From Hypanus sabinus (lineage: Eukaryota), in contig NW_026778917.1 in the NCBI RefSeq assembly GCF_030144855.1, positions 310,001 to 374,000 of the forward strand: a stretch of 64,000 bases of DNA, given 5' to 3'. This document shows, one piece after another, positions 12,301 to 26,165 of this stretch; position 1 is the stretch's first letter; each line of letters starts with the position of its first letter. A program made the translations under genes and the position numbers. The notes beneath the pieces were generated by a model, which searched no databases, was not told where the DNA came from, and worked only from the letters and a program-made list of their open reading frames with translations.

Positions 12301-13610
12301 AAAAGCAATCCGGGAAATTATAGGCCGGTAAGTTTGACATCAGTAGTAGGTAAATTATTGGTAAGAGTACTAAGAGATAGGATCTACAAGTATTTGGATA
12401 GAGAGGGACTTATTAGGGAGATTCAACATGGCTTTGTGGTAGGTCATGTTTTTCGAGATGGTTACCAGGAAAGTGGATGAAGGGAAGGCAGTGGATGTTG
12501 TACACATGGACTTCAGTAAGGCCTTTGACAAGGTCCCGCATGGGAGGTTAGTTAGGAAGATTCAGTCGCTAGGTATACATGGATTAGACATTGGCTCAAT
12601 GGGAGAAGCCAGAGAGTGGTAGTGGAGGATTGCTATGAGTGGAGGCCTGTGACTAGTGGTGTGCCACAGGGATCAGTGCTGGGTCCATTGTTGTTTGTCA
12701 TCTATAACAATGATCTGGATGATAATGTGGTAAATTGGATCAGCAAATTTGCTGATGATACAAAGATTGGAGGTGTAGTGGACAGTAAGGAAGGTTTTCA
12801 AAGCTTGCAGAGGGATCTGGACCAGCTGGAAAAATGGGCTGAAAAATGGCAGATGGAGTTTAATACAAACAAGTGTGAGGTATTGCACTTTGGAAGGACA
12901 AACCAAGGTAGAACATACAAGGTAAATGGTAGGGCACTGAGGAGTGCAGTAGAACAGAGGGATCTAGGAGTAGATACATAATTCCCTAAAAGTGGCATCA
13001 CAAGTAGATAGGGTCGTAAAGAGAGCTTTTGGTACATTGGCCTTTATAAATCGAAGTATTGAGTATAAGAGTTGGAATGTAATGGTGAGGTTGTATAAGG
13101 CATTGGTGAGACCGAATTTGGAGTATTGTGTGCAGTTTTGGTCACCTAATTACAGGAAGGATATTAATAAGGTTGAAAGAGTGTAGAGAAGGTTTACAAG
13201 GATATTGCTGGGACTTGAGAAACTGAGCTACAGAGAAAGGTTGAATAGGTTAGGGCTTTATTCACTGGAGTGTAGAAGAATGAGGGGAGACTTGATAGAG
13301 TATAAAATTATGATGGGTATAGATAGAGTGAATGCAAGCAGGCTTTTTCCACTGAGGCCAGGGGAGAAAAAAAACCAGAGGACATGGGTTAAGGGTGAAG
13401 GGGGAAAAGTTTAAAGGGAACATTGGGGGGGGGGGGGCTTCTTCACAGAGAGAGTGGTGGGAGTGTGGAATGAGCTGCCAGATGAAGTAAATGCGGGCTC
13501 ACTTTTAACATTTAAGAAAAACATGGATGAGAGGTGTATGGACGGATAAGAGCCAGGTGCAGGTCAGTGGGACTAGGCAGAAAAATGGTTCGGCACAGCC
13601 AAGGGCCAAA
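12301..13610 (+). mobile_element. CR1 LINE 5'-truncated copy (RT 3' half and tail)
   Basis: [19 protein letters not shown]...[12 protein letters not shown] core. Confidence 0.9.
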
Positions 13611-13614
13611 AGAT

Positions 13615-16600
13615 GTAAGTCTCACTGGTCTATAATTACCCGGACTATCCCTACTACCTTTATTGAACAAGAGGGCAACATTCGCCTCCCTCCAATCCTC
13701 TGGTACCATTGCCTTGGACAATGAGGACATAAAGATCTTAGCCAGAGGCTCAGCAGTCTTTTCCCTCGCCTCGTGGAGCAGCCTGGAGAATATACCATCA
13801 GGCCCCGAGGACTTACCCATCCTAATGTATTTTAACAACTCCAACACCTCCTCTCCCTTAATATCAACATGATCCACAACTTCAACCTTACTCATATTGT
13901 CCTCATCATCATCAAGTTCCCTCTCAGTGGTGAATACCGAAGAGAAGTATTCATTGAGGACCTCGCTCACTTCCACAGCCTCCAGGCACATCTTCCCACC
14001 TTTATCTCCAATCGGTCCTACCTTTACTCCTGTCATCTTTTTGTTCTTCACATAATTGAAGAATGCCTTGGGGTTTTCCTTTATCCTACTCGCCAAGGCC
14101 TTCTCATGCCCCCTTCTCGCTCTCCTCAGCCCCTTAAGCTCCTTTCTTGCTACCCTATATTCCTCAATAGCCCCATCTGATCCTTGCTTCCTAAACCTCA
14201 TGTATGCTGCCTTCTTCCTGCTGACCATTCAACCATTCTTCAGCCACGATTCAGTGATGGCCACAACAGCATACCTGGCAATCTGTAATACTGTAACAAG
14301 ATCATCCACCTTATTTCTTAAAAACATAGAAAACCTACAGCACAATACAGACCCTTCGGCCCACAAAGTTGATCCTAACATGTCCCTACCTTAGAAATTA
14401 CTAGGCTTACCCATAGCCCTTTATTTTTCTAAGCTCCATGTACCTATCCAAAAGACTCTTAAAAGACCCTATCATATCCGCCTTCACCACCATTGCCGGC
14501 TGCCCATTCCATGCAATCACCACTCTGAGTAAAAAACTTGCCCCAGACATTTCCTCTGTACCTATTCTCAGCACCTTAAACCTGTGTCCTCCTGTGTCCT
14601 CTTTTCAGCCCTGGGAAAAAGCCTCTGACTGTCCACACGATCAATGCCTCTCATCATCTTTATACACCTCTATCAGGTCACCTCTCATCTCTGTCGCTCC
14701 AAGAATAAATAGCTGCAACATTACCTCTCGGCTCCTAAATTCAATTCCACGATCGATGAAGGTCAATGCACCGTACGCCTTCTTAACCACTGAGTCAGCC
14801 TGCACAGCTGCTTTGAGTGTCCTATGGACTCGGACCCCAAGATCCCTCTGATCCTCCACACTGCCAAGAGTCTTACATTAATACTATATTCTGCCATCAT
14901 ATTTGACCTACCAAAATGAACCACCTCACATTCATCTGGGTTGAACTCCATCTGCCACTTTCAGTGCAGTTTTGCATCCTATCAACGTCCCATTGTAACC
15001 TCTGACAGCCCTCCACACTATCCACAACACCTCCAACTTTTGTGTCATCAGCAAACTTACTAACCCATCTCTCCACTTCTTCGTCCAGGTCATTTATAAA
15101 AATCACAAAGTGTAGGGGTCCCAGAACAGTTCCCCTGAGACACACCGACCTCCATTCAGAATATGACCCGTCTGCAACCACTCTTTGCCTTCTGTGGACA
15201 AGCCAGTTCTTGATCCACAAAGTAATGTCCCCTTGCATCCCATGCCTCCTTACTTTCTCAATAAGCCTTGCACGTGGTACCTTATCAAATGCCTTGCTGA
15301 AATCCATATACACTACATCTACTGCTCTCCCTTCATCAATGTGTTTACTCACATCCTCAAAAAATTCAATCAGGCTCGTAAGGCAGGACCTGCCCTTGAC
15401 AAAGCCATGCTAACTATTCCTAATCATATTATACCTCTCCAAATGTTCATAAATCCTGCCTCAGGATCTTGTCCATCAACTTACCAACCACTGAGGTAGG
15501 ACTCACTGGTCTATAATTTCCTGGGCTATCTCTACTCCCTTTCTTAAATAAGGGAACAACATCCGCAACCCTCCAATCCTCTGGAACGTCTCCTGTCCCC
15601 ATTGATGATGTAAAGATCATTGCCAGAGGCTCAGCAATCTACTCCCTTGCCTCCCACAGTAGCCTGGGGTCCATCTCATTCGGTCCCGGTGACTTACCCA
15701 ACTTGATGCTTTCCAAAAGCTCCAGTACATCCTCTTTCTTAACATCTACATGCTCAAGCTTTTCAGTCTGCTGCAAGTCATCACTACAATCACCAAGATC
15801 CTTTTCCATAGTGAATACTGAAGTAAAGTATTCATTAAGTACCCCTGCTATTTCCTCTGGTTGCATACCCACTTTCCCACTGCCACTCTTGATAGGTCCT
15901 ATTCTTTCACATCTTATCCTCTTGCTCTTCACATACTTGCAGAATGCCTTGGGGTTTTCCTTAATTTTGCTTGCCAAGGAATTCCCATGGCCCCTTCTGG
16001 CTCTCCTAATTTCCTTTATAAACTCCTTCCTGCTAGCCTTATAATCTTCTAGATCTCTAACATTACCTAGCTCTCTGAACTTTTTGTAAGCTTTTTTCTT
16101 CTTGACTAGATTTTCTACAGCCTTTGTACACCACAGTTCCTGTACCCTACCATAACTTTCCTGACCTATGCAGAACTCCACACAAATAACCCCTGAAAAT
16201 TTGTTACATTTCTTCCATACATTTCCCTGAGAACATCTGTTCCCAATTTAAGATTCCAAGTTCCTGCCTGACAGCCTCATAATTCCCCTTACTCCAATTA
16301 AACACTTTTCTAACTTGTCTGTTCCTATCTCTCTCCAATGCCATTGTAAAGGAGATAGAACTATGATCACTTATCTACATATTGTGTCAGGAAACCTTCC
16401 TGAACACACCTAGCAAACTCCACCCCATCTAAACCCCTTGCTCTAGGGAGATGCCAATCGATATTTGGGAAATTAAAATCTCCCACCACGACAACTCTGT
16501 TATTATTACACCTTTCCAGGATCTGTTTCCCTATCTGCTCCTCGATATCCCTGTTACTATTGAGCAGCCTATTAAAAACACCCAGTAGAATTATTGACCT

Positions 16601-17220
16601 CCTTCCTGTTCCTACCCTCCACCCACAGACTCCGTATACAATCCCTCCATGACATCAACCTTTTCTGCAGCCATGACACTTCTTATACTCCACTCATTGA
16701 GATCCCGCATCTTGAGTACTGTATTTGCTATCCTTTCTGATTCTGCAGCACTAATGTTTTGATACTTGTCCTATTGCCTGTGACTACGTCGCATCAGCTG
16801 CCTGTCCTTCCTGACATCCAGACTGCACGCTATCTTTACTTTTTTACCATCCGTCCTATCCTGCGTCTCTTCACTCCAGTTCCCACCCACTTTCTCAGCC
16901 ACACATTTATCTGCCAAATCATCCTGTTTCTACCCTCACTGGCACATGGCCCAGGCAGCGATCCAGAAATTACTACCCGGGACATCCTGCTTCTCAGCTT
17001 TCCACCGAGCTCACTAAAATCTCTTCACAGGACCTCATTGCCTTTCCTTCCTCTGTTATTGGTACCAATATGTACCAAGACATCCGGCTGGTCTCCCTCC
17101 CTCTCCAAAATGTTGATGCAATCTGAGATATCCCTGACTCTGACACCTGGGAGGCAACATACCACCCAGATGTCCCGTTCACATTAACAGAATCTCCTGT
17201 CTGTTCACTCACTGAGTCCC
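13615..17220 (-). mobile_element. Stacked CR1 fragments (ORF2 RT/endonuclease and ORF1 esterase-like remnant at ~16750-17220)
   Basis: [34 protein letters not shown] motifs; ORF1-like VHIGT...LLVSSVES remnant. Confidence 0.85.
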
Positions 17221-17904
17221 CTATTTCGATGTACCGGTGATAAATGAAGATAATCCCTCATCTAATCCCTTGAAGATCCCCTCTCATTCTTCTGAACAGG
17301 AGGAACTGGAGTCTTCGCTCCCACACCACCAGGTTCAGGAACAGTTGTTACCCGACAACCATCATACTCTGAAGCAGTGTGGAGAACCTCACTCTCCACA
17401 ACTCTGATCTGATTCTACAACTGCAAACTCCTGCCCAAGAGTCTCCCCCCAAAACAGCGACTGTACTCTTTGCCATGGATGCTCCCTGGCCCGCCGAGTT
17501 CCTCCAGCATCTTGTGTGGTGCCCACCTTCAGGAACTCTTTTCAACTCATGTTCACAATATTATCTTTTCTATTTGCAAAATATAATCTTTTTTAGTTAT
17601 TTTTCAGTTTATCAGAAATTCTATTGTATTTCTTTATATTTCTTGTAAATGCCATCAAGTAAATGGAACTCCAGGTAGCATATGGCAAAATATATGCACT
17701 CTGATTATAAATTCATTTTACAAATGTGAATTTCAGCAAGAATAGCCCCAGTCAACTCAATCCCTCTTTAAAGGACAACCCCCTCACCTCCAAACTCGAC
17801 CTAGTGACCCTCCTCTGCACCACCTTCAAAGCCCGTGTCACTCCCCCCAAGATGTGTAACCCCATCTGTAACATTGGCCAGAGCTGAGCACAGGGTGAAC
17901 ATGC

Positions 17905-18186
17905 CTGGTATCTCCAGCCGACCCTCGTACTCCCGGCCCAGAAGCTGGTTTTGGATGACACAGGAGTACACGCCAGGCGTGGCGTGACTCACAGCGATGA
18001 CACTCTCCACTCTCAGGAGCCCAGCATCGTCCGCTACCTCCGACTCCTTGTGTGCTGAGATGCGCTGACCCGCGGCGTCCCGCCACATCACTTGCGGCCG
18101 CGGGAACCACTTCTCCGAGATGCAGCCCACCAGGATCCCGTTGCCCTCGTAGCCCACCATCTTCATCGTGGGCTGCTGTCCCATAC
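17905..18186 (-). CDS. Butyrophilin-like gene, IgC exon (282 nt)
   Basis: cccctcccctccag|GTATGGGACAG...ATACCAG|gcatgt; SMGQQPTMKMVGYEGNGILVGCISEKWFPRPQVMW...YSCVIQNQLLGREYEGRLEIP matches the BTN IgC pattern (CxSxGWFPxP..W, YSC). Confidence 0.92.
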
Positions 18187-18394
18187 CTGGAGGGGAGGGG
18201 TGTCAGTGGGCAATGGCGCCAGTTCAGTTTAAACAGGAGCTCACAAAGGAGTTTTCCCCCTGCATTCCCCGAATCACCATAGTGACCTCTCTCAACCCCT
18301 AGACATATCAACATCTCATTCAGTACACCTGTCTCAGTAAGCAACCAGCCTCACCGTTCCACAGCACACTGTCCCCTCTGCACTCGCTCATCCT

Positions 18395-18720
18395 TTCCAA
18401 GCATCCCACTGTCCCTCTCCCCTTCTCTTGCCCTCCCTCCCAACTCCCATCCCATCCTCCCACCCTCCCTCTCCACTCCCCATATCCCACCCTTCCTCTC
18501 CACTCCCCTCTCCTTGTCTCACCCTCCCTCTCCACTCCCCATATCCCACCCTCCCTCTCCCCTTATCCCACCCTCCCTCTCCACTCCTTGTCTCACCCAA
18601 CTCCCATCCTGTCATCCCACCCTCCCTCCCCTCCCCTCATCCTGTCCTCCCTCACCTCCACTTCCCTTATACTGCCCAGCCTCTCCACCTTATCCAGCCC
18701 CGCCCCCCAGCTAACCTCCT
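18395..18720. repeat. C-rich low-complexity degenerate tandem repeat in the IgV-IgC intron
   Basis: Repeated cccaccctccctctccactcccc motifs. Confidence 0.75.
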
Positions 18721-18828
18721 GCTACCTGCACTGTCCTGCCTCCGCTGCGACAAAGTACCCTCTCGGTCCCCTGCAAACGCCACCCCCCCCCAGCCCATTT
18801 CCCGCTGTCCAGTGACACCCTCACTCAC

Positions 18829-19176
18829 TGGCAACTTGCAGCTGCAGAGAGCCCTCCTCGTCCAGTGTCTTGGAGACCACGAAGCACTTGTAGCGTCCCG
18901 CATCGCGCACGGTCACCTTCTTCAGCAGCAGGGAGACGTTCCCCTGGGGAAAGGAGTCCTTGAACAGCTCCGTCCTCCCGGAGTACTGTGCTATCTGGGA
19001 CTCAGGACTGTCCTGCCCCTTCCGGTACAGGTGCACCACCTTGGACCAGTCCTCCCGGAACCAGCGCACCTCCATCTCCACAGGGACCTCGGCCGGAACC
19101 AGCTGGCAACCCAACACAGCATCCTGGCCGACCTCAGCCACGACAGGCTTGCTCGGAGTGACCACGATAAACTCCC
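18829..19176 (-). CDS. Butyrophilin-like gene, IgV exon (348 nt)
   Basis: cacgtccccag|GGGAGTTT...GTTGCCA|gtgagt; EFIVVTPSKPVVAEVGQDAVLGCQL...MEVRWFR...VVHLYRKGQD...QYSGRTELFKD...GNVSLLLKKVTVRDAGRYKCFV is the BTN/B-G/MOG-type IgV. Confidence 0.95.
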
Positions 19177-20159
19177 CTGGGGACGTGCAGGTAAAACACA
19201 GTCAGAGTGTCGACAGTAACCCTCTCAGACACTTTATAGAGACAGAATTATCGTCACTGACTTAATCTGCACGTAATTTATCGTATTCCAGCAGCAGAGG
19301 CGTCAAGTTAATCAGTGTGGTTGGTGCTGCTCTCTAGTGTTTGCTCGGTGGAAGACAAGCTGGATCGTGTGTGCGGATCTGCAAGTGAGTGATCATGGGA
19401 CTGCTGCCAGCTTCTTCTTGCCAACAACATCCTGTGCATCATCAAACTACAGGGCCTGGGCTAGATTATATTTTTGTGAAACTGCACACTTATTGCTGAC
19501 TCATATGTGCTGAATATGCCTTGTGCTGTGTCTGACTATTGCACCTTGACCCCCAGAGGAACACTGTTTCGTTCGGCTGTATTCCTGTGTGGTTCAATAA
19601 CAACTAAACATGAAGACGGGAATATCCGACAGACATAGTCACACGGGCCTCTTAACCTGCTGCATTTCTGAATAATTATTACAATATTAATCATAACATC
19701 AGGGAAAATTTAATGTTTCTGAAACAGAGGCACTATAAAAGTGGATCTAAATCTATAAAAATACTGGCATGGAAAATGGAAAAAAAACAGCAGAAAATAC
19801 AATTCATAGAATTAGGGATCCAAGAGCAGAAATGATAAAAATTAAACTCAGTGAAATTCAAGAAGCTTTTGAACTGTTTTACAAAACTTTATATTCCAAA
19901 GTTCCGGGGGAAGCATAACCCAAATTGACACCTTCTTGAATTCTCTAGTTACCCACTGTAAGCGAAGAACAAAATAGAAGAATGACTGCTGACATAACTG
20001 AAGTTAAACTAAAAGCTGCAATTAATAGGCTTAAATTAAGCAAATCACCAGGATTAGATGGGTATACGGCAGAGTGGTAAAAGAATTTCAAAATGAGTTA
20101 ATTCCTGTCTTATTCCCCACACTGAACTGGCTCTAAAAAAGGCACAAATGCCACCCAAT

Positions 20160-22840
20160 AGACAATAGGTGCAGGAGTAGGCCATTCGGCCCTTCTAGCC
20201 AGCACCGCCATTCACTGTGATCATGGCTGATCTTACACAATCAGTACCCCTCCCCATATCCCTTGACCCCGCTATCTATAAGAGCTTTATCTAACTCTCT
20301 CTAGAATGCATCCAGAGACTTGGCCTCCACTGCCTTCTGGGACAGAGCATTCCATATATCCACCACTCTCTGGGTGAAAAAGTTTTTCCGCATCTCTGTT
20401 CTAAATGGCCTGCCCCTTATTCTTAAACTGAGGCCTCTAGTTCTGGACTCACCCATCAGTGGGAACATGCTTCCTGCCTCCAGCGTGTCCAATTCCTTAA
20501 TAATCTTATATGTTTCAATCAGATCCCCTCTCATCCTTCTAAATTCCAGTGTATACAAGCCTAGTCGCTCCAATTTTTCAACATGTGACAGTCCCGCCAT
20601 TCCGGAAATTAACCTTGTGAACCTACGCTGCACTCCCTCAATAGCAAGAATGTCCTTCCTCAAATTTGGAGACCAAAACTGCACACAATACTCCTGGTGG
20701 GGTCTCACCAGGGCCCTGTACAGCTGCAGAAGGACCTCTTTACTCCTATACTCAATTCCTCTTGTTACAAAGGTCAGTATGCCATTAGCTTTCTTCACTG
20801 CCTGCTGTACCTGCATGCTTGCTTTCATTGACTGATGTACAAGAACACCTAGATCTCGTTGTGCTTCCCCTTTTCCTAACTTGACTCCATTTAGATAGTA
20901 ATCTGCCTTTCTGTTCTTGCCACCAGTGGATAACCTCACATTTATCCACATTAAACTGCATCTGCCATACATTTTTCCACTCACCCAACCTGTCCAAGTC
21001 ACCCTGCATTCTCATAACATCTTCCTGACGTTTCACACTGCCACCCAGCTGTATGTCATCAGCAAATTTGCTAATGTTACTTTTAATCCCTTCATCTAAA
21101 TCATTAATGTATATTGTAAACAGCTGCAGTCCCAGCACTGAACCTTGCGGTACCCCACTGGTCACAGCCTGGCATTCCGAAAGGGACCCGTTGGACTCTT
21201 TGTTTCCTGTCAGCCAGCCAATTTTCAATCCATGTCAGTACTCTGCCCCCAATACCATGTGCCCTAATTTTGCCCACTAATTTCCTATGTGGGACTTTAT
21301 CAAATGCTTTCTGGAAGTCCAGGTACACTACATCCACTGGCTCTCCCTTGTCCATTTTCATAGTTACATCCTCAAAAAACTCCAGAAGATTAGTCAAGCA
21401 TGATTTTCCCTTCATAAATCCATGCTGACTCAGACTGATCCTTCTACTGCTATCCAAATGTGTCGTAATTTCCTCTTTTATAATTGACTCCAGCATCTTT
21501 CCCACCACTGACGTCAGGCTATAATTCCCTGTTTTCTCTCTCCCTCCTTTCTTGAAAAGTGGGACAACATTAGCCACCCTCCAGTCAGCAGGAACTGTTC
21601 CTGAATCTATAGAACATTGGAAAATGATTACCAATGCGTCCACGATTTCTAGAGCCACCTCTTTAAGTACCCTAGGATGCAGACCATCAGGTCCCGTGGA
21701 CTTATCAGCCTTCAGACTCAACAGTCTATCCAACACAGTTTCTTGCCTAATATAAAATTTCCTTCAGTTCATCCTTTACCCTAGTTCCTTTGGCCACTAT
21801 TACATCTGGGAGATTGTTTGTGTCTTCCCTAGTGAAGACAGATCCAAAGTACTGGTTCAACTCATCTGCCATTTCCTTGTTTCCCACAATAAATTCACCC
21901 GTTTCTATCTTCAATGGTCCAATTTTGGTCTTGAAATATTTTTTTGCTATTCACATACCTAAAGAAGCTTTTACTACCCTCCTTTATATTCTTGGCTAGT
22001 TTACCTTCGTACCTCATTTTTTCTTGGCGTATTGCCTTTTTAGTTATCTTCTGTTGCTCCTTAAGAGCTTCCCAGTCCTCCAGTTTCCCGCTCATCTTTG
22101 CTATGTTATACTTCTCTTTTATTTTTATCCTGCCCTTTACTTCCCTCGTCAGCCACGGCCGCCCTTTACTGCCCTTAGGATCTTTCTTCCTCTTTGGAAT
22201 GAACCGATCCTGCACCTTCTGCATTATTCCCAGAAATACCTGCCATTATTGTTCCACTGTCTTCCCTGCTAAGGTATTGTTCCATTGAACTTTGGCCAGC
22301 TCCTCCCCCATAGCTCCATAGTTCACTTTGTTCAACTGTAATACTGACACATCCGATTTTCCCTTCTCCTTCTCAAATTGTAGGTTAAAACATATCATAT
22401 TATGGTCACTATCTCCTAATGGTTCATTTACCTCCAGGTCCCTGATCAAATCCGGTTCATTGCACAACACTAAATCTAGAATTGCCTTCTCCCTGGTAGG
22501 CTCCAGTACAAGCTGTTCTAAGAATCCATCTCGGAGGCACTCCACAAACTACATTTCTTGGGGTCCAGTACCATTCTGATTCTCCCAGTCTACCTGCATG
22601 TTGAAATCCCCCATGACAACTGCATCATTACCTTTGTGACATGCCAATTTTAACTCTTCATTCAACTTACACCCTACATCCAGACTGCTGTTTGGGGGCC
22701 TGTAGATAACTCCCATTAGGGTCTTTCTCCCCTTAGAATTTCTCAGTTCTATCCATACTGACTCTACATCCCCTGATTCTATGACCCCCCTCGCAAGGGA
22801 CTGAATATGATTCCTCACCAACAGAGCCACCCCACCCCCA
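20160..22840 (-). mobile_element. CR1 LINE ORF2 fragment inserted in the L1
   Basis: LQLYRALVRPHQEYCVQFWSP, GKSCLTNLLEFFEDVT, endonuclease VVMGDFNM motif. Confidence 0.9.
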
Positions 22841-23500
22841 GCTGGAAAGAAGCAATAATCTCAGCTATACCAAAAGAAGGCAAGGATAAAATGGAATGCG
22901 GGTCATTTAGACCAATATCCGTTCTTAATGTAGATTATAGATTATTTACCTCCATCATGGCCAAATGATCAGAAGAGTTTCTACTCACTCTGACACGTAA
23001 GGATCAAACAGTTTTTATATAACAACATCAAACATAGTATACGAAGGACACTTCACATTGTGGATCATTTACAAAAAAATTAAATCGAAGCAATGCTGAT
23101 AAGTGTTTACGCTGAAAAGGCATTTGATTCGGTTAATTGGAATTTTCTTTACAGAGTTTTACATAGATTTGGTTTACATGACACAATTATTAAAACTATA
23201 CAGACACTATATGACAATCCTACTGCTAGGATTAAAATCAATGGATATTTATCAAATAGTTTTACCCTAGAACGGGGCACGAGACAAAGTTATGCATAGT
23301 CACCGCTACTTTTCACGTTATATCTGGAACCATTATCACAATAAATCAGACAAAATGAAGATATCAGGGGAATTACTATTAAAGGGACGGAGCATAAATT
23401 GGCTTGTTATGTGGATGACATTTTGATCTACCTAGGGCAACCAACATACTCTACCTAAATTGATGCAATCCTATGAACAATATGGTCAAATATCAGGATA

Positions 23501-26165
23501 CTGATAATTGAAAAAAGGGGAGGAGGGGTGGTATTACTGGTCAGGGATACTATTACAGCTACAGAAAGGGTGGGTAATGTAGCAGGATCCTCTTTTGAGT
23601 CAGTATGGGTGGAAGTCAGGAACAGGAAGGGAGCAGTTACTCTACTGGGGGTATTCTATAGGCCCCCTGGTAGCAGCAGAGATACTGAGGAGCAGTTTGG
23701 GAGGCAGATTTTGGAAACGTACAAAAATAACAGGGTGACTTTATCAAAATATTTTATCAGAAATATCATGGGTGACTTTAACTTCCCTAATATTGATTGG
23801 CACCATATTAGTTTCAATTGTTGAGTTTGTTTAAGTGTGTCCAGGACGGATTCCTGTCACAGTGTGTTGACAGGCTGACTAGGGGGAATGCCATACTAGA
23901 TCTAGTATTAGGTAACGAACCAGGTCAGGTCACAGATCTCTCAGTGGGTGAGCATCTGGGGGACAGTAACTACCGCTCCCTAGCCTTTAGCATTATCATG
24001 GAAAAGGACAGAATCAGAGAGGACAGGAAAAATTTTAATTGGGTAAGGGCAAATTATGAGGCTATCAGGCTAGAACTTGCGGGTGTGAATTGGGATGATG
24101 ATTTGCAGGGAAATGTACTATGGACATGTGGTCGAAGTTTAAGGATCTCTTGCAGGATGTTAGGGATAAATTTGTCTCGGTGAGAAAGATAAAGAATGGT
24201 AGGATGAAGGAACCATGGGTGGGTGACAAGTGAGGTGGAAAATCTAGTCAGGTGGAAGAAGGCAGCAAACATGAGTTTTAGGAAGCAAGGATAAGATAGG
24301 GCTATTGAGGAATATAGGGTAGCAAGAAAGTAGGAGCTAAGGTGAGTAAGGAGGGGGCAAAAAGGCCTTGGCGAGTAGGGTAAAGGAAAACCCCAAGGCA
24401 TTCTTCAATTACAAGAACAAAAGGATGACAGGAGTGAAGGTAGGACCGATTAGAGATAAAGATGGGAAGATGTGCCTGGAGGCTGTGGAAGTGAGCGAGG
24501 TCCTCAATGAATACTTCTCTTCGGTATTCACCACTGAGAGGGAAATTGATGATGATGAGGACAATATGAGTGAGGATGACGTTCTGAAGCATGTTGATAT
24601 TAAGGGAGAGGAGGTGTTGGAGTTGTTACAATACATTAGGACGGATAAGACCCGGGGCCTGACGGAATGTTCCCCAGGCTGCTCCACGAAGCGACGGAAG
24701 AGATTGCTGAGCCTCTGGCTAAGATCTTTATATCCTCGTTGTCCATGGGAATGGTACCGGAGGACTGGAGGGAGGCGAATGTTGTCCACTTGTTCAAAAA
24801 AGTTAGTAGGGATAGTCTGGGTAATTATAGACCAGTGAGCCTTGCGTCTGTGGTGGGAAAGCTGTTGGAAAAGATTCTTAGAGACAGGATCTATGGGCAT
24901 TTAGAGAATCCTGGTCTGATCAGGGACAGTCAGCATGGCTTTGTGAAGGGCAGATTGTGCCTAACAAGCCTGATAGAGTTCTTTGAGGAGGTGACCAAGC
25001 ATATAGATGAGGGTAGTGCAGTGGATGTGATCTACATGGATTTTAGTAAGGCATTTGACAAGGTTCCACACGGTAGGCTTATTCAGAAAATCAGAAGGCA
25101 TGGGATCCAGGGATGTTTGGCCAGGTGGATTCAGAATTGGCTTGCCTGCAGAAGGCAGAGGGTTGTGATGGAGGGAGCACATTCAGATTGGAGGGTTGTG
25201 ACTAGTGGTGTCCCACAAGGATCTGTTCTGGGACCTCTACTTTTCGTGATTTTTATTAATGACCTGGATGCGGGGGTAGAAGGTTGGGTTGGCAAGTTTG
25301 CAGACGACACAAAGGTTGATGGTATTGGTGGTGAGGATTGTCAATGATTGCAGAGAGACATTGATAGGTTGCAGAAGTGGGCTGAGAAGTGGCAGATGGA
25401 GTTCAACCCAGAGAAGTGTGAGGTGGTACACTTTGGAAGGACAAACTCCAAGGCAGGGTACAATATAAATGGCAGGATACTTGTGGAGGAGCAGAGGGAT
25501 CTGGGGGTACATATCCATAAAGTTAGATAGGTAGATAGGGCAGTTAAGAAAGCTTATGGGGTGTTAGCTTTCATAAGTCGAGGGACAGAGTTTAAGAGAC
25601 GCGATGTAATGATGCAGCTCTATAAAACTCTCGTTAGGCCACACTTGGAGTACTGTGTCCAGTTCTGGTCGCCTCACTATAGAAGGATGTGGAAGCATTG
25701 GAAAGAGTACAGAGGAGATTTACCAGGATGCTGCCTGGTTTAGAGAGTATGGATTATGATCAGAGATTAAATGAGGTAGTACTTTACTCTTTGGAGAGGA
25801 GGAGGATGAGGGGAGACATGATAGAGGTGTACAAGATATTAAGAGGAATAGACAAGAGTGGACAGCCAGCCTCATCCCCAGGGCACCACTGCTCAGTGCA
25901 AGAGGACATGGCTTTAAGGGAAAGGGAGGGAAGTTCAAGGGGGATATTAGAGGAAGGGTTTTCACACAGAGGGTGGTTGGTGCATGGAATGCACTGCCTG
26001 AGTCAGTGGTGGAGGTAGATACACTAGTGAAGTTTAAGAGACTACTAGACAGGTATAGGGAGGAATTTAAAGTGGGGGGGGGGGTTATATGGGAGGCAGG
26101 TTTGAGGGTCGGTACAACATTGTGGGCCGAAGGGCCTGTAATGTACTGTACTATTCTATGTTCTA
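23501..26165 (+). mobile_element. CR1 LINE ORF2 fragment inserted in the L1
   Basis: 226-aa RT ORF 24667-25347 ([30 protein letters not shown]). Confidence 0.9.

Noticed and set aside
12250-12350. Back-to-back CR1 junction as a twin-priming inversion
   Set aside because: Both pieces cover the same RT region and each has its own 3' end, so they are independent insertions.
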